Part shown: in pieces, positions 62,829 through 64,000 of the stretch
Layout of the letters: each line of letters starts with the position of its first letter
How positions within the stretch are numbered: the first letter of the stretch is position 1
DNA from: Deltaproteobacteria bacterium
Lineage (GTDB): Bacteria > Desulfobacterota > Desulfobacteria > Desulfobacterales > JAFDCJ01
DNA length: 64,000 nucleotides
Assembly (NCBI GenBank): GCA_019312835.1
Contig: JAFDCJ010000333.1
Span: 303-64,302, forward strand
Reading direction: 5' to 3'
Position numbers and translations under genes: made by a program
The notes under the pieces: model-generated
The model's input: only the letters and a program-made list of their open reading frames with translations
Database searches by the model: none
What the model was told of the DNA's origin: nothing

Positions 62829-63998
62829 TTATGGAAGGCTTTGGCCTTCGAAACGATCGAGGCTGAGGTGTTCGATCAGAAGCGTTTTTTCACCGGTGGC
62901 GATATACTTGGCCAGGTCGCGGCCGATGGTGGGCCCTTCGATGACACCGTTGCCTCCGCAGCCAATGGCCAGGAGGTATCCATCGACCGCCGAGTCGCCT
63001 AAAATCGGCATAAAGTCGGGCGGCTCCGCGCGATAGCCGAGCCAGGAAAACGATACGCCGCAGTCGATAAAACCGGGGATATGCTCCTCCATTTGCTCGA
63101 ATAAAAATTCCAGGAAGTAGTCGTCCGTGCCGCCCTTTTCCGGCAGTTTATCCGGATCCCACCGGCCGGCATGCATCTCGTCACTCAAGTCCATGGTGAG
63201 ATGCGCCTTGCAGATGAAGATGTTGTCACCTTCCGGACGCGCATAAAAACGGGGGTACTTTAAAACCGGAAAGCGGTAGTCAAGCTTCTTTTTCGGCGGT
63301 GCCAGGAAAAAGGCCTCCGCCTTGGTATGCCAGATCGGCAGGTCTAAACCGGCCAGCTTGCCGGTAAAACGGGTCCAGGGTCCCGAAGCGTCGACGACCA
63401 CGTCCAAATCGAAGCTGCCCTTGGTGGTTTCAACCCCGGTTACCCGGCCGCCGCTGATATTGACCTTTTCGACTTTGGTGCCGGTCAGAACCGTGGCGCC
63501 GTTGGCCCGCATTTTCTTGACAAAGGTATTTGAGGCCATGGTGGCATCAAAGTAGCCGTCATCGGCTGTCCAGCCCGCGCCGAGAACACCCTCTAAACTC
63601 AGATCCGGTATTATTTTACGGATCTCGTCCGGATCCGTCAGGTAGTCGCCGCTGTAACCGGCCGAGACGGCCAGCGCGATACCGGTTTTAATGGTGTTTT
63701 CGACTTCCTCATCAGTGGCCACCACCAGGGTGCCGCAATTGTCGAAACCCGCCGATCCCTTTTCTTCCCTCTCCATATTCATGAAGGTTTCAAAACCGTA
63801 CAGGCGCACATCCCAGTATTTATTGCTCAACGAGTCGTCAAACAAGCAGACCGTGCCCGCCGATTTGGCGGTGGTTCCCGATCCGATCTGGCTTTTCTCA
63901 AAGACGGTGACGTCGATGCTGTCGTAAAGGCTTAGATTATAGCCAAGTGCGGTTCCCACAATGCCACCGCCGATAATGCCTACTTTTTTCTTTGCCAT
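62829..63998 (-). CDS. FAD-dependent amine oxidoreductase (DAO / sarcosine oxidase beta-subunit-like)
   Basis: IIGGGIVG, GSGTTAKSAG, VVDASGPW, PD..PILG, G.GGNG...GP..G. Confidence 0.88.
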   Translation of the reverse strand: MAKKKVGIIGGGIVGTALGYNLSLYDSIDVTVFEKSQIGSGTTAKSAGTVCLFDDSLSNKYWDVRLYGFETFMNMEREEKGSAGFDNCGTLVVATDEEVENTIKTGIALAVSAGYSGDYLTDPDEIRKIIPDLSLEGVLGAGWTADDGYFDATMASNTFVKKMRANGATVLTGTKVEKVNISGGRVTGVETTKGSFDLDVVVDASGPWTRFTGKLAGLDLPIWHTKAEAFFLAPPKKKLDYRFPVLKYPRFYARPEGDNIFICKAHLTMDLSDEMHAGRWDPDKLPEKGGTDDYFLEFLFEQMEEHIPGFIDCGVSFSWLGYRAEPPDFMPILGDSAVDGYLLAIGCGGNGVIEGPTIGRDLAKYIATGEKTLLIEHLSLDRFEGQSLP

Positions 63999-64000
63999 GG

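Overview
This window looks like chromosomal DNA from an anaerobic Deltaproteobacterium, most likely Desulfobacterales-like (inferred from gene content and intergenic repeat style). It holds about 45 genes, and I saw no rRNA, tRNA, CRISPR array or intact transposase. The left part carries an ActB/QrcBC-type oxidoreductase, two peptidases, a TrxB-like protein, a PilZ-like/HEAT protein and a sigma54-controlled four-gene operon (AdoMetDC-like, GNAT, ATP-grasp, fold-III PLP decarboxylase) that looks like an uncharacterised biosynthetic or modification system. The middle (19-35 kb) is a patchwork of accessory genes and internally deleted gene remnants. It includes an OsmC-family selenoprotein missed by the ORF track (in-frame UGA plus SECIS-like hairpin) and an orphan MglA lacking its arginine finger. 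The right part (35.7-64 kb) is a large, mostly minus-strand nitrogen-compound catabolic region. It has a GntR-flanked operon (carbamate kinase, YgeW-like transcarbamylase, dihydropyrimidinase, ABC transporter, FeS protein, AOR-family oxidoreductase, SnoaL-like), then glycine cleavage genes with a GcvT-SHMT fusion, a plant HPR1-like hydroxypyruvate reductase, and beta-ureidopropionase/malonate-semialdehyde-type genes. Many intergenic spacers carry palindromic elements built from degenerate 7- or 8-nt repeats. All family calls come from motif recognition by eye; no searches were run.
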